In this document: positions 1 through 13,346 of the stretch, one piece after another | How positions within the stretch are numbered: the stretch's first letter is position 1 | Layout: each line of letters begins with the position of its first letter | DNA from: Lama guanicoe | Taxonomy: Eukaryota | NCBI GenBank assembly: GCA_013239625.1 | Contig: MU053873.1 | Span: 3,300,524 to 3,364,523, forward strand | Length of the DNA stretch: 64,000 bases | Direction of reading: 5' to 3' | Notes under the pieces: model-generated | Seen by the model: the letters and a program-made list of their open reading frames with translations, nothing else | What the model was told of the DNA's origin: nothing | The model's database searches: none | Program-made: the position numbers and the translations under genes

Positions 1-72
1 CCTCATAGTCACAGCCCAGGGCCTCTGCTGCGTGGTTTGCCCACTCAAAGTGCATGAACTGCTTCCGGCCCA
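1..72 (-). CDS. MYO18B: MYO18B coding exon 12, truncated by the window edge (VGRKQFMHFEWANHAAEALGCDYE...)
   Basis: cacacag acceptor at 73-79. Phase 1 matches the preceding exon and the translation matches MYO18B. Confidence 0.93.
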
Positions 73-359
73 CTGTGTGAGGGACGAAGCAGAAGGAGGG
101 TGGTGAGGTCTTGGGAGTGTCCCAGGTAGGCATCCAGAAAAACCTCAGAGAGTCTCACCACCTCCCACTCTCCAGGCCACCGACCTTCAGTAGAAGCCTG
201 AACAGCTGCCTGGGCCTGGGCCACAGGAGACAGCTTCCTGAGACACATATCTGTCCTATTTCCTTGCCATCTGCATTGTTTACTTTTCCAAGCAATTAAG
301 GATATTGTGGGGAGCACTCTGAACATGGGATCGAGGAAGAATGAACAAAAGTGTGACTT

Positions 360-965
360 TCCACCCATCCATCCACTACCCTGCATCCACCTACCTGTCC
401 ACTCAACTATTTGACATTCAACTACCCTCCCATTCATTCAGTGCATGTTCTTGGAGTTACTACTATGGGACCAGCACCGTCTCAGCCTCTGGGAAACGGA
501 TGACAAGCAGGACAGACAAGGTGCCTGTCCTCACAGAGCAGTCTGTGACAGGGAGGCAACAAATAAGTCTTTGAGAGAAGGAGACAATAAATAAGGACGC
601 AAATAAATTATTTCAGGTGATGAAATTATAGTTATTTTTTTCCCCTCTAAGAAGAAAGTCAAACAGGATGACAGATTAAGAGAAACTGCAGGAATGACTA
701 CAGAAGTGTCATTCTGTGGCTCAATCCGAAGATGCTATATGAAAACCGGGGTATGAAAGGTGAGAAGGAGCTGCCACATCAAGAACCAGGGAAGAGCTTT
801 AGAGGAAGGAGGAGGCAGCAGTGCAAAGGCCCTGAGGCAGGAATGAGCATCCTCTGTTAGGGAAGTGCCAAGAAGGCCAGCGTGGCTGGGATGTAAGCAA
901 GGGAGGGTAGTAAACAGAGGAGGCTGGAGAAGTGATGGGGAGCCTCCCTCTGGGCTATATCAAGG
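360..965 (-). mobile_element. L2 LINE 3' fragment
   Basis: cattcattca tail, acagacaaggtgcctgtcctcacagagc and gcagtgcaaaggccctgaggcagg are typical L2 3' motifs. Confidence 0.7.
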
Positions 966-1635
966 CCATTTAATATCAGTGACAAAGACTGTACAACATG
1001 GTCAATGCTTATGGTCAAATGTTAAATGAAAAGGACTAAAAGATCACACCACAGTATGGCATCAATTGTGTAAATAACTCTAAACTACTACAAAAATTAT
1101 GAAAAGGAGTTATATCCAAAAGTTAACAATCACAGGGTACAGGGATTTTGTATTTTCCAAACTTTCTGCAGCAGTTGGGTACTAATTTTGTGATCCAAAT
1201 AAAAAAATGATTTATTAAAGCAAGCAACAGTTCCATCCTTAAATAATTTTCTCCCATCTCTTATCTTCCCACAAATGTGTTTCCTTCTTTGAAATAAGAA
1301 TCACAGCTGCCAACAGAGGTTTCTCAATCCATTTGAAAGAGATTATGAGGGCCCAATTCTTCAAGCAGGCGTTTTAAAGAATTTGTGTGGCTTAAGGAAA
1401 ATACTGGAAGTGTGGAAAATGGCTTTTTCTGGGACTTTGTACCAAGAAGGAGCAGTTCTGACCACTGCTTTCTGAGGTGCTCCTACATGCCAGTTACTCA
1501 GCACTGATTATCACAAGAACATCATTTTATTGCCTCCATTTTACAGATTATTCTAATTTGACAGATGATGAAACAGATTCAGAAAGGTTACATGGCTAGT
1601 AAAAAAAATAAAGTCCTACCACTTTAAAAATTAGA

Positions 1636-1817
1636 AGGTGGTGATGATGGCGATCGCAGTGATGGTAGAGATGATGGTGGAGATGACGGTGATGATGGAG
1701 ATTGTGGTGATAATGGTGGAGATGATGATGGTGAGATGGTGGTGATGATGTTATGATGACAGTAGAGGTGATGACAATGGAGATGGTGGTGATAATGGTG
1801 GTGATAACCATTACCAC
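1636..1817. repeat. Imperfect (GAT/GGT)n trinucleotide repeat
   Basis: ggtggtgatgatgg... over about 180 bp. It explains the His-rich and Ser/Pro-rich spurious ORFs. Confidence 0.95.
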
Positions 1818-2099
1818 TCATTGACCTGATTTTATTCAGTGTGTCATCTTTGTTCAGCTGATGGATTTTGGAGTCAGAAAGCCTGTGTTCCAGGCATAAC
1901 ATACACAAAAAAACTCAATACATGCGAGGTGTAATTACTTACTATTATTATTATTATACAAAGCAATATTAGTCCCATCTTATAGATGAAGAACTGATTC
2001 AGAGAAGTCACCAGAAATCAGACGAAGCAGAAGAACAATTTCCCAAAAAGCAATCCTTCCAACATCATCTTTAGGAAACTGGTCAAATCCTTGTGACTG

Positions 2100-2498
2100 T
2101 GTTAAGTGAGAATCCATTTGTCGGAGGAGATCACTAAGAGGATGTGGCTGCCAGGTGACCTTTGAGCTGGCCTTGGGCAACCAGACGCTCCTCACCCCCT
2201 CCCCTCCTGTCCTTGGAACATATGTTCAGCCCTCAACCCCAACAGTGGGAGCTGTTCCAAGGCCACAGCCTCGAGAGAGCAAGGTGATGCTGAGACCATC
2301 CCTAAGGTCTACGTGACTGAGCCCAGTTACAACGTCTAAGAGACTTTGACACTCCGGCTGGTGGGGCGAGGAGAGCTACTCCTCTTGCAGCTGCCCAGGA
2401 CAAGCCTGTCGTAAGTCCCCTTGTTTACGCATCCTACTGGCACTCCCACCAATCTGGAGTGGCCTGCCTCTTTCTTCAGTCTCTTCCTACCCTCCACA
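2100..2498 (+). mobile_element. Probable ERV solo LTR
   Basis: About 400-bp TG...CA element ending in an LTR U5-like tcttcagtctcttcctaccctccaca. Family not assigned. Confidence 0.45.
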
Positions 2499-4879
2499 TA
2501 TGGGGGCCTTTTTGAACCAACACCATTACCACTTGTCACAAATAGAAAGCAGAAATAAATACGTGCACACAAAAATACCACTAGATTCTAATTAGACATA
2601 GTTACCTGGGAGCCTGGCTTTCTCTTTGTTTAAAAAAGTGGGGGGTAGATCAGCAAGTATTGGAGAGAGGAGTTCAAGGTGTTAGCCCTTCTTCCTGTGA
2701 TGGGGCTGGCAGTGCAGGGAACAGGAGATCACTGTCTAGGTGAGAGATTCCTGTCCCTCTGCTGCCCCAGCACCTCCACTGCCACCCCTGCTTTCCTCTT
2801 ACAGAAAGCTTCCGAGATCATTCAGATACGGAACAGACTCTGTGAGGTCCAGTCTCCTGTCCAGGTGGTACGGGGCAGGAAGGGCAGAGCAGGGCCCCCG
2901 CCCACCACAGGCTGACGTCAGCCAGGGCCGTAGGGCCTGCTGTTCTGCGAACACAGGGGCTGTGTGATCACCGCTCTAGCCTGACAGAGCTGGCACCAGG
3001 ACACATTAAATAAATATTTGTAAAGTGATTGTAAAGGAAGGAGTCAACAAAGAAATTAATGTTTCTAGCTGATGGCCAGCCCTGCCCAATGTGTCTAGTC
3101 TCCAAGATTTGGGGGAGAGAATCACTGTGTTTCCCTGTCCCCCAGGAACCAGCCGTTTGAACCTTAGAGAAAGCCTTCTCTAACAGGAAAGATGAAATAC
3201 AGGACAAAACAAAAGTGAGAGAGACAGAGAGAGGGAGAGGCAGAGAGACAAAGATGGAAACAGACACAGGACCAAAAAAAAAATGTGGAGGGGAAGGTTT
3301 TGGACTCCGCCCCAGCCCAGCCCACAGGGACCACGCCCTCCATCAGGGTGCTTTCTAGTCATCCTCCAGGTGAGGAGGGTGAGCCCAGAACGATCCCAGA
3401 GCTGAAAATGCAGAGACCATTTCCAGTATGCGTGCTTGGCTGCAGCTGTTCTGCTGGTCGCTAGTGGAAACAGGACCTCGTAGCAGGTGGGGCGGTGGCT
3501 CAGCTGTGCTTTCACACCCACTTCCCAGGGCTCCTCTGCACGCATCACACAGGACACGCGACACTGACCCACAGGAAACACACCCTGGTGCCCCACTGCT
3601 CACCGTCCTCTGTCTTGTCCATCCAAGAAAAAGAATCAGAATGCAAATGCCCAACAACGTTACAAAGGTGACCTTAACATCGTAACATCAGCCAGCAGCA
3701 CATACTGTACACCTACTCTGGACAAGGCACTGAGCTTAGCACTGGACACCCGCTGCCTCATTTCATCTGCACTCCGCCCCCGCCACCCCACAGCCCTGTA
3801 AGGTCAATGTTAATATTACCCCTTGACGTATGAGAACACAGAGCCGCAGAGAAGATGACCTTCCGAGGTCATGCAGCTGGTAAGCGGCAGAGGTGGGATG
3901 TGAACTCATGCCTCCTGACTCCAGCACTCAATATACTAACCATGGGACCGTGCAGAGGGGCCATATTACTCTAAAGTCAAGAGTCAAAGATGAAAAATCA
4001 AGGACCCTTAAAATTACCCTTGAGAATCTCTTAAACCACTCATTAACATACAGTATTGCAGCGTATTTCCACAAGTCCACCATAGCAAGCTTCCCCTACA
4101 GGGGGACACCAGAGGAACACCAAAGAAGTGGGTGGCTTGCCTTCAGGGTCATTTCATGGCATGTTCACCAGTATCACTGGGAAAAAATGAATTCTGTATT
4201 TTATCAATTTGATCATTGATTGATGAAACAAGTTTCTTAACTACAGGACTTGTCAGAGCCTTTAAGGTGTATCTTATGAATTTCCAAGCAATGGACAGAG
4301 TATCTTGATATAATGTCCCACGAGGCACTAATTTAGGAAATGCTGGCTTAGCTGAAAGAGCGCTCAATTAACCAGGTGACCCTGGGCAAACTGCTTGACC
4401 TGAGTCACTTGCCCAAAATCACTTTGTTGCTAAGAGGCAGGCTAGGATCTGAATAGAACGAACAAAGAAGTGAGAGAAAGAAAAAAGAAAAAAAAGGAAG
4501 GAGTAAAAAAAGGAATGTGACAGAACTGCAGTTTCTGAGCAGCTCAAAGCTACCTGCAAAGGCAGGTTTTTCCCTTTATGCTCAACACAAAAAAAGAAAA
4601 AAAGACAGAGGGAAAAAACAACATGACTGTTTCTCCCCCATGCACCATGAGTTCAGTTGCTATCAATTACTTGGCCTCCTGCATTTATTAATAACCAAGT
4701 TATTTCTCCTTCCAACCATAGCCAGGCTGTTGCTGAATTACCGTGGTGTGACTTATTTATACCGCGGGTGCATCTGGTGCACATTTCCTTACACAGAGCT
4801 TTACAGTCCGGAGGCCTCTGAAGGAGGCCATCTGCAGCGAAGGGAGAAGTTTAAAAGGCTGTAGGTGCTACCAGAAAAG

Positions 4880-5100
4880 GCAGCACTCCGCAAACAGAAT
4901 GTCCAGGTTCGAATCCCACCTCCACTGCCAAAAGCCGTGTGGTGTTTGGGAAGTCCTGTCACTTCTTTGAGCTTCAGTGTCCTCCCCTGTAAAATGGGGA
5001 TCTACCTCCACGGAGTTCTCACGGAGCCTCAGTGAGATTATATGTGTGTATCGCTTAGCACGGGACCTGCCTGGTAAGTGTCAGCTCGCAATGCCAATCA
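4880..5100 (+). mobile_element. MIR SINE, representative of dozens of copies (others near 3700, 5730, 6390, 6730, 10510, 13860, 22520, 31010, 33650, 34110, 43860, 56960)
   Basis: MIR core: ggttcgaatccc...gagcttcagtgtcctcccctgtaaaatgggga. Confidence 0.85.
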
Positions 5101-8100
5101 CACCCTGAAATCTGTGCCCAGGGACACCAGGGAAAGCTCAGTGGCTGGGATCCTAGAAAACACGACTGTCTTAGAAGCCAGAACTTCAAGTCTCTTTCGC
5201 TTCTTATGGCTCCTGCCTGTTACCGCTGCCCCTGAGGTACCATGCAGCCCCACAAACCTGGACAGACTGTTCTTCCACCTGCCTGGCCTTGGAGGAAGTC
5301 ACCTGTCCATCTGCACAGTTAGCACACCCTGTAAATTGCTGCTGAGTCGCTCATAATCCAACATGAATCACTACCCATGCTCTGACAGCTGGAAAGACAA
5401 TTCTGAACCACCCCCAATGCTCTGGGGACCATGAGCAGGTGTTCTGGACAAAGAGGGCTTGCTGGACAAATCAGCAGGGGCAGCATCCAATTAAATCAAG
5501 CAAAATGGGCTGCTTCCCTGCAGAGCTTCTCAGAACCTTCAGTATGCCCATGTGCCTCAGGAACTTACAAGAGAAGGGGAGCATGGTTAGGGGTCTCCTG
5601 GACTAATCAGACCAAGAGGCTGGAGGGGAAAGGCTGGTGTGGCATCTTTGGGGTGCTGGGCAATTGTGGGAAGAACCAGAGGCCAGGCATCCAAAAGCAG
5701 TTTCAGCCTGGCTGCGAGACCTCAAACAGGAAATCTCACCTCTCTGAGCCTCAGTTTCCACATCTGTAAAATGGGGTGGCTCCTCTCCCAGTGGGTCATA
5801 TAAACATGAAATGAGACACTGGGTGGAAAGCTGCCTGGGAGTGTCCCCAGAGCAGGTGACCTGAGCTGAGAGGCAGAGTCACCAGGGAGACTGCACTCAG
5901 AAGGTGCCACTCACCACTCGTCACTCAGGGGACCTATAGGAGCAAAGGCTCAAGGCGGCGGGCAGCAGCTGATGAGTGACCTGCATGAGGTCACACAGCT
6001 AGTGAGGCAGAAGCCAGAATCACCCAGTCCCGGCTGGCCCCCAGTCTGACACTCTCCACCTTCAAGAATCCCTCACCGAGGCAGGCAGAGCAGGGCTCAC
6101 TCAACCTATCACACTGCCTCCTCTAAAGCTGTTTCCTGGAGCCCAGGGAAAGCCCAGGAATCATTGGTGTTTCCCGAGTACTCACCACGTGCCCAGCCTT
6201 CTGCTAAACACTTAATCTCATCAGCATAAGAACAGTATGAGAAGGTGTGATGGCTAATTCCCCGTTTACTTGTGATGCCACAGACCTTCCAACAGAATGT
6301 GGCATGAAGAATGGGGGGAACTTTAAAGACAGAATCCATAGTCCCAAATTGGGCTCCTCTCCCTCCCAAGTCCAGGAACTTAGATGACTTCCTTTACCTC
6401 TCTGAGCCTCCACTGATTCACCCACAAAATGGGTATGATCTACTACATAGGGTTACAAGGATTAAATGGAATAACCAGGTAAAGTGCTGAAATCATGGCT
6501 GGCAGGGAGCAAGTGGACTCCCAGTAACACAGTGACAGTAATTCCACGCTCATCACCATCATCATTCCTGCTGTCAGCAGTACTGCTGCGCTGTCTCCGA
6601 AGGGGGAGCCTGCATTTACAGTGCACCCTCAGTGAGCAAGTGCTGAATGGAGTCTCTGATGAGCAAGGCTAAAAGAAACCCCAGAGAGTGTCTAATCCAC
6701 CCCACTGGGGAGAGTCCTTCCCTCTCTCTGAGCCTCAGTTTCCTCACCTACAAAATGGGGTAGTGGCACTTACTCCCTCGGGTCACTGAGAGCCAGGGCT
6801 CTTAAAATCGTCCCTGGCACCTCATAAACACTGTGTAACTGTCAGCTGCTACTATTACTTATGGGAAACAGAGGCCAGAAAGAGGAGAGGGGCATTCACA
6901 GGGCCACTAAGCAGGAGTGGTCAGCCAGCCTGGAGCCTGGTCCCTCAGGTGTCCCACCCGCAACCCTGCTCTCCACAGCCTGAGGCTGCTGGCAGGGATG
7001 CCTTCTAGCATCAGCCACTTCAGGGGTTTGTGGCTTTTTAAAATATAATTGTTTACATCCCACAGCAGCCATTCCAGCTTAATGAATGAATTCAACATGC
7101 TCAGAAAATGCAGAAGAGATCCTTGCCTATGGCCCAGAATAGGCCCAGCTGCGCCAGCTGTCGGGCAGGGAGCCAAGCCACCAGCTGAGGGCCTGCGGCT
7201 GTGGGAAGAAGGCAGGCGGAGGGATGGGGCTCAGGAGGGGACCGGCCTTGGGGATGCTGGCCCGCTGTAGGGCCACGTGGTAACCCTCTCTCAACCCAAG
7301 CCCCATTTCAATCCCACAGCACCAGTGCCGGGGCCCGAGGTTAGTGCTGGGACCCGAGGTTAGTGCCATGCAGATGGGAACATGGAGGCCTCAGGCCACC
7401 ACACCTCCGGAGAGCATCCTCCCTGATCTCTCAGTTTGGGAGATTCGGTTCAGGGGTCCCAGGCCCTAGGACCCCTTGGGCAGGGCTGACCACTCTTAAC
7501 TTTGGGTGTCTCCTGCCTAAAATTTTCTCTTGGCATCTCCAGTGTACCTGTCTGGGTCTCCCTCCCTTCATCAGACTGAAATTTTGCCTTGGAAAGTGAG
7601 GATGGTGTCTCAGGGCAGCCGAGGGCCTCCATCCAACAGGCACAGCAGGGAAGACAGGAAAGGAGGAGAGAGGGAGGGAGTTGGGGGAGAGAGGGGAGGA
7701 GTGAGGGAGGAAGAGATGGATGAAGATGAGAAGGGAGGGGGGAAAGGAGGGGACGAGCAGCAAGAATACCCAGGGGTCCAAAGACAGATTCTAGTCCATG
7801 CCCCCACCAGGCTTGCGACGGCACAGAGCGCCAACCCGCATGAACCCTCGGGGGGGGGGGGATCAGGCCATGCTCACTGAAATGGTCAACCTCAAACACG
7901 CCCCTGCTTTGGTCCAGCAGTTCCAAGTCCAGGAAACCACGCCTCCAGAATACTCACTCTGCACAACCTTTACACACAAGGACGTCAGGGTGGCGTTGTT
8001 CAGAACACCCCAAAGCAGGAAACAATCTGAATGATCATGGGCTGGAGAATTGCTACAGAGATGGAGGCCCCCTCTCCGGCAGTCCCCTCAGTCAGCGAAC

Positions 8101-10577
8101 AGCACTAGAGGCATCCCTGTGACCCAAGGCACCAGAGGCCCAGGTCGTACTAAGACGTGAAAAAAACAAAGTGTGTGAAATTGAAGCCGGTGTGAACCTA
8201 TTTATGTAAAAACAACAGCCGGCCACCCACCCAACCTCTGTATTTGTCATGCACACACATGGAGCTCACACTCGGTCTTAAAAGGGCTGAAGATGAGGCC
8301 TGCAGTTGGGGCCACGGTGACAGAGCCATGTCCACTCTCTGGTTTTGAGATGCGCTACAGCCACATCTGCAGCCATGACTTGGGGAAAGATTCCGGGGAC
8401 TCAGGCTGCTGTTCCAGCTACTCGTGAGTCTATGATGACTTCAAATCAAAAAGTTTAAGAGGAAAAAACTAGTCAGCCTGTTGGGGCCCTAGGAGCAGCC
8501 TGTATCACACGGTCATGGTGGACCCACGACATGATACATACTATATCAAGAGTGAACCCCAACGTAAACCGGGGACTTCATTAGTAACTGTGCATTAATA
8601 CTGGCTCACCAGGCGCAGTAACTGTCACCTTCGTACCTTAACAATGGTCACCTTTGAGGTCAGGAGAATCACAGGAGTGGGGAGGGACCTGCATTTGACA
8701 TTCAACGTTCCTCTGTATTGTTTCCATTTTTTGGTAGGAAGACAACTTTACTTGTGCAGTTTTTAAAACAGTAAAAATAGTAAAACGCTTCGCCAAGTGC
8801 TGGGATATATGGTTACTGCTCTGCACTGACAGCACCGTTACTCCTCCCTCTGGCCTTCTGCACACAGGGGTCTTGCCCCAGCTGGGGAAGCGTCTGGCCA
8901 CCTCTTCCTATCCCTGGATGGACAGTCCTGGCTGCTGGATGTCTGGGGGTGGGGAGTATCCCAGCAGAAGGCGAGGGGCTGAGCCCATCATTACTGCTAT
9001 TGTCTCTCCTTCCTGCAGGCCCCTAGGGGTTCCCCAAGCTATGACTCATCCATTCAGGGACTGACACCTTTATTACAGCAGGCAGGGAGTGGTGGCCAAT
9101 TGGCAGCCTCCCTCCCTCACCCCATTACGTGGTCCCTCCTGGGTTACAGACAGGCCTGAATGCGTCATGTATTATTAGGTAGTAGGGTCAGTGACAAGCA
9201 GACTGGCAAATTTAGTGAAAGACAAATCAATTAAACCTCCCATCAGCCCTCAGTGCCAAAGGAAAGCTAAGCAACTGGCCATCAAGGCAGGGACCACACA
9301 TCCTTGTTATTTTGAATTCTGAACATCATTGTCATTTTTATGGGGTAATGAGGGACAGCAGGCAGAGTGATAGTCTCAGACCTTCCAGGGAACGCGCACA
9401 TTGTCTCTCATAGCTACGGGACCAACAGGGATTAGGGAGGATTGAAGACCAAGCCCAAGTCAGCTCTGCAGACTGAAGCTTCTCTGGGGAAACGCCTGGA
9501 CGCTGGACAGATTTTTCCATTAATAATAATAATAGCGATAGTAACAAGGATAACAGAGCTCTACATATTCAAGTGAAATAATGTAAGCCTTCCAAGGACC
9601 CTAGGAGGTAGGCACTGCTATTATCCAGTTTACAGACAAGGACTCTCAGTCTCAGAGATAAAAGAGAGTCACAGATCACACAGGAGAGCTGGGACCAAAT
9701 ACAGGCCCACCTGGCCCCAGAGCCCACACTTTAGCCTCGATTCTGAGCTCTGCTGCCTTGGTTCTGCTTATCGGATGACCTTCCAGATAAAGCAGCAGAC
9801 ACTGGAGGTTGGAGACGGAGCTGAGAAGGAGCTTAGGAGGGAGGTGGAGGTCCCGGCACCCAGGATGCACCCAAGGACTAGGCCAGGTGGGCGTCCTCGC
9901 AGAGGAGAAGGACATCAGCTTTGGAGGCAGACAGTCCCTGATTCTAACGTTGGTGCCACCATGTGATGCTGTTTGACCTTGCCAATGTCACATAACCTCT
10001 CTGAGTCTGAGCATCCCGAACTGCAAGGTGGGAACTCTTCTCCACCTGTCAGTGTTGCTGTGAGAATTAAAAGATAAAACACAGGTAAGGGACCCCCAGC
10101 CTCTGGCTGACATGCAGAACAGTGAGACTCCCAGAGGACTATGTTCAAGAAGCTCATCCCAGGGAAGAGGGTCGTATTGGGTTTTAATCTCACACAGCCC
10201 AGAGGCCCCAAGACAGAGAAACTGTTTCTTGCTGCAGAAAGGGCTCTGAGTTCATCCTTGGTTTACTATTCCATGGGAAGAGAGTCTTAGGGGGCATCAA
10301 GGATAGGGAACAGGCACTGGCAATAAAAGCAGAGAGCAGAAATCCCCAGACCTTCTTCCTGCCGTCTCAGGAGGGGGCCGGAATGCCCCTGCAAGCTTCA
10401 AGAGTCCGAACTTACAACAGCCAGCTCTTATGGTGTGCCTGGTGCTACACTAAACCCTTCACATACAACTCTGTTCATCAGAATGGCAGACCTGCAAAGT
10501 CACTACCCTTCTCAACCCCATTTTACAGGTGGGGAAACTGAGCCTCAGAAAGCTTAAAGTTATTGCTCAAGGCCACA

Positions 10578-10995
10578 GTGGCAATATGGCCACACCAATA
10601 TTTCTCATCCTACGTGTTCTCAAACCTTGTCATCAAGGATTGGAGTCCATACCTCTGGGCCCTTAAAGCTTGACACAGAGCATGGTGGTAGTGACACTGC
10701 GTGATATTTGAGGCCACCTTGCTCTCTGGAAGCCTGCACTGGAGCCCTGAAGCCACTAGGCAACAAAGAAGCCCAAACAGGCCCTGAGACCTGAGACATG
10801 GAGAGAGGGAGGTGGACAGTCAGTCCCAGCCAACTTCAGCCCCACACCACTTCTGCTTCAGCCACCATCTGCCCACAGCCCAGATGAGCCCTTCCTAACT
10901 GCAGATCCACAGAAGCTTGGGGAAAAAACAAAATGACCATTGTTCAAACCACAGAGTTTGGGGCTGATGTGTTACACAGCACGGTAACCCGACCA
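10578..10995 (+). mobile_element. MaLR LTR (MLT1-type) inserted in a MIR
   Basis: MLT1-like 3' end aaaccacagagtttggggctgatgtgttacacagcacggtaac. It interrupts a MIR at aaggccaca/gtcacaaag. Confidence 0.6.
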
Positions 10996-12619
10996 GTCAC
11001 AAAGTTCGCAGGCGCTGGAATCCTCACTTCCACTTGAGCCAAGTCTGCAGCACTCCTGACTGCTCTGACCACCACCCTGCACTGGCCCGGGCCCTTAGGA
11101 CCTTCTGTGAAGCTGTGGAGAGAGTACTGGACTGACAGGTTCCCAGTTCAGACCTGCCCTTCACAAAGAAGTTTCATCATGTGCCCTTAAGCCAGGAGTC
11201 GCATCTCTTGGAGGCTTCAGTACTTCACCCAGCAAATGGGCCCCAGGACTCCCACCTGACTCACCGCAGGGGCCAGCTTTCACGCCAATGGACACAGAGG
11301 ACAACAAAGGCACTCTGCATAGAGAAGAGAGTTATGACCTGCTGAGTACCGGCACATGCCAGGTGGGATGCATCCCTTATCTGACTACCGAATGATGGAG
11401 AAGACAGATGGGATTTTACCGTTTTATGGACATGGGAGCTGCGGTCCAGAGAGGCAGAATCTCATGCACAGGTTAAACTGCACAGCCAGGAGGTAGAGGA
11501 CCCTGGATTCCAGGCCTGCACTGCTCACCAGCAGAGCCCTAGGCTTTCTTTTTCCTCCTCCCCTGCCCCTCTGTCCATTTGTTGCTGTTCAGAACGCACG
11601 GGTGCAGGCTGACTGAGCCATGGGCCACTTTTTGCCAAAGAAAAGAAACATGAGGTTGGAAACATGGTTCCCTGATGGCTCCTGAGGGATGGCCCAGGTC
11701 GTGAGTCTTGGTTAACCACAAGCCAAGCGCGATGCCAAGTCACCCAGGGTTTTCCGCATGCCCCGCGAACACAGCCCTCAGAGCCCCCTCCCACTGCCTT
11801 CCCAAGGGCCCCATCAGGCACAGAGAGCCTGAGAGACAGAAAGGAGGAAGAGACACAGTGCAGAGAGAGGGAGTGACACAGCTTCTTCAAACGAGCCTCT
11901 TTATAACTGACCAGCTAAGCCAGGAAGCCCCTGGCCTGTCCACGGCGGGGCCAGGAGCCTGAGCATTACTGGCAGTGTGGCCGTGGGTGACACAGCCCCA
12001 GAGAGCTCCCCGTCACCTTTTCTCCCTCTTGTAGATGAGGCCCAGGCGAGCACCGCAGCCTGCCGAGGTCACACGCTGCAAAATCAAAGGCCAGGCTGAG
12101 AGCTGAGCCCAGGACTCGCTGACCTCCAGGCACCTGTGTCCTTCCCCTGCCACATCCTGAGGGGAGGTTTCTTCTCTGCCTCGGAGGCTGTCCAGGGCAC
12201 TGCGGATGACAGGAGGACCCAGAGCCCCACAGGCAGCCAGCCTCCTGGGGTCAAGGACACCCAGTCACAGGGGCTGAAGGGACCAAGAGGCAGCGGGGGA
12301 GGGTCATGGCGGCAGCACCCTGCAGGAACTCAGGGGTCAGTGGGGGCCTAATGGGACTTGGGAGGAATAAGATCTAACCCCTCTACAGAGGAGGCGGCTC
12401 AGAGGGGCACCCAGGAGTGTATGGGGGCTGTGTGTGATGTCAGTGTTGAAGGGTCTTCAGGGAGAAGCCAAACTGAGCAGGAACCATGAGTGTTCTGGGA
12501 CCATGTAGTAACCTGGACCCCATCAGCCTGGAACACCCACAAAGTGCTCAGTGGTCTTTTATGGGGCCATTGGGTATGGGGGCTCTTGCACAGGGCTTGG
12601 GATTTGGCACCTGTGATGA

Positions 12620-13346
12620 ATGTGTATCTCTGTGGTTCCTGGCACACAGCTCCAAAAACCCCTGGACTCTCTGAAGTGATAACAGTGTCTTTTATATGTT
12701 AATGAGATGACCAGCAGCTTCAGGACAGGGGCTGGTCACCAGGAAGACCAAGGCATGATTAGAAGCTGGGAACTTTAAGCCTATACCCTGACCTACAGGA
12801 AGACGGGAGGGGCTGAAGATTGAGTTCATCACCAAGGGCCAATGATTTCATCAGTCATGCCAGTGGAATGAATCCTCTGTAAAACCCCTAAACAACAGGG
12901 TTCAGAGAGCTCCTGGGCTGAACACACTGAGGCGCTGAGAGGACTGCTCACCGAGCAAGGGCCTGGCAGCCCCTTCCTCCATCACTTGCCCTGCGCATCT
13001 CTTCCATCTGGCTGTTCTGAATTGTATGCTTTATAATAAGCAGATCCTAGTAAGTAAAGATCTTCCTAAGTTCTGAGTCATTTAGGCAAATCATCAAACC
13101 TGAGGAGTGGTTTGTGGGAACCCAACTTCATAGCTGGTCCGTCAGAAGTAAAGACGGACCAAAATGGTATCTGAGGTGGTACCATCCTGTGGGATTGAGC
13201 CCTTAACCTGCACTAACTCCAGGGATTGTTAGAACTGGGTTAAACTGGAGGACACCCAGATGGTGTCTGGAGAATCAGAGAGCTGGTTGGTGTAAGGAAA
13301 ATCTCACATGTTTGGTGTCGGAAGCAACATGAGTACAAACAGTTCA
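12620..13346 (+). mobile_element. MER21-like ERV LTR
   Basis: ggttcctggcacacagctccaaaaacccctgg...ggggctggtcaccaggaagaccaaggcatgattagaag...ttataataagc matches the recalled MER21 consensus. Confidence 0.75.

Noticed and set aside
1596..1908. His-rich and Ser/Pro-rich ORFs
   Set aside because: They are translations of a trinucleotide repeat.
4372..4425. Short inverted repeat (gtgaccctgggcaa / ttgcccaaaatcac)
   Set aside because: It is explained by two opposed MIR core fragments and is too imperfect for a structured RNA call.
7325..7368. Two-copy ~20-bp direct repeat (cccgaggttagtgc)
   Set aside because: It is an ordinary local slippage duplication in an intron.
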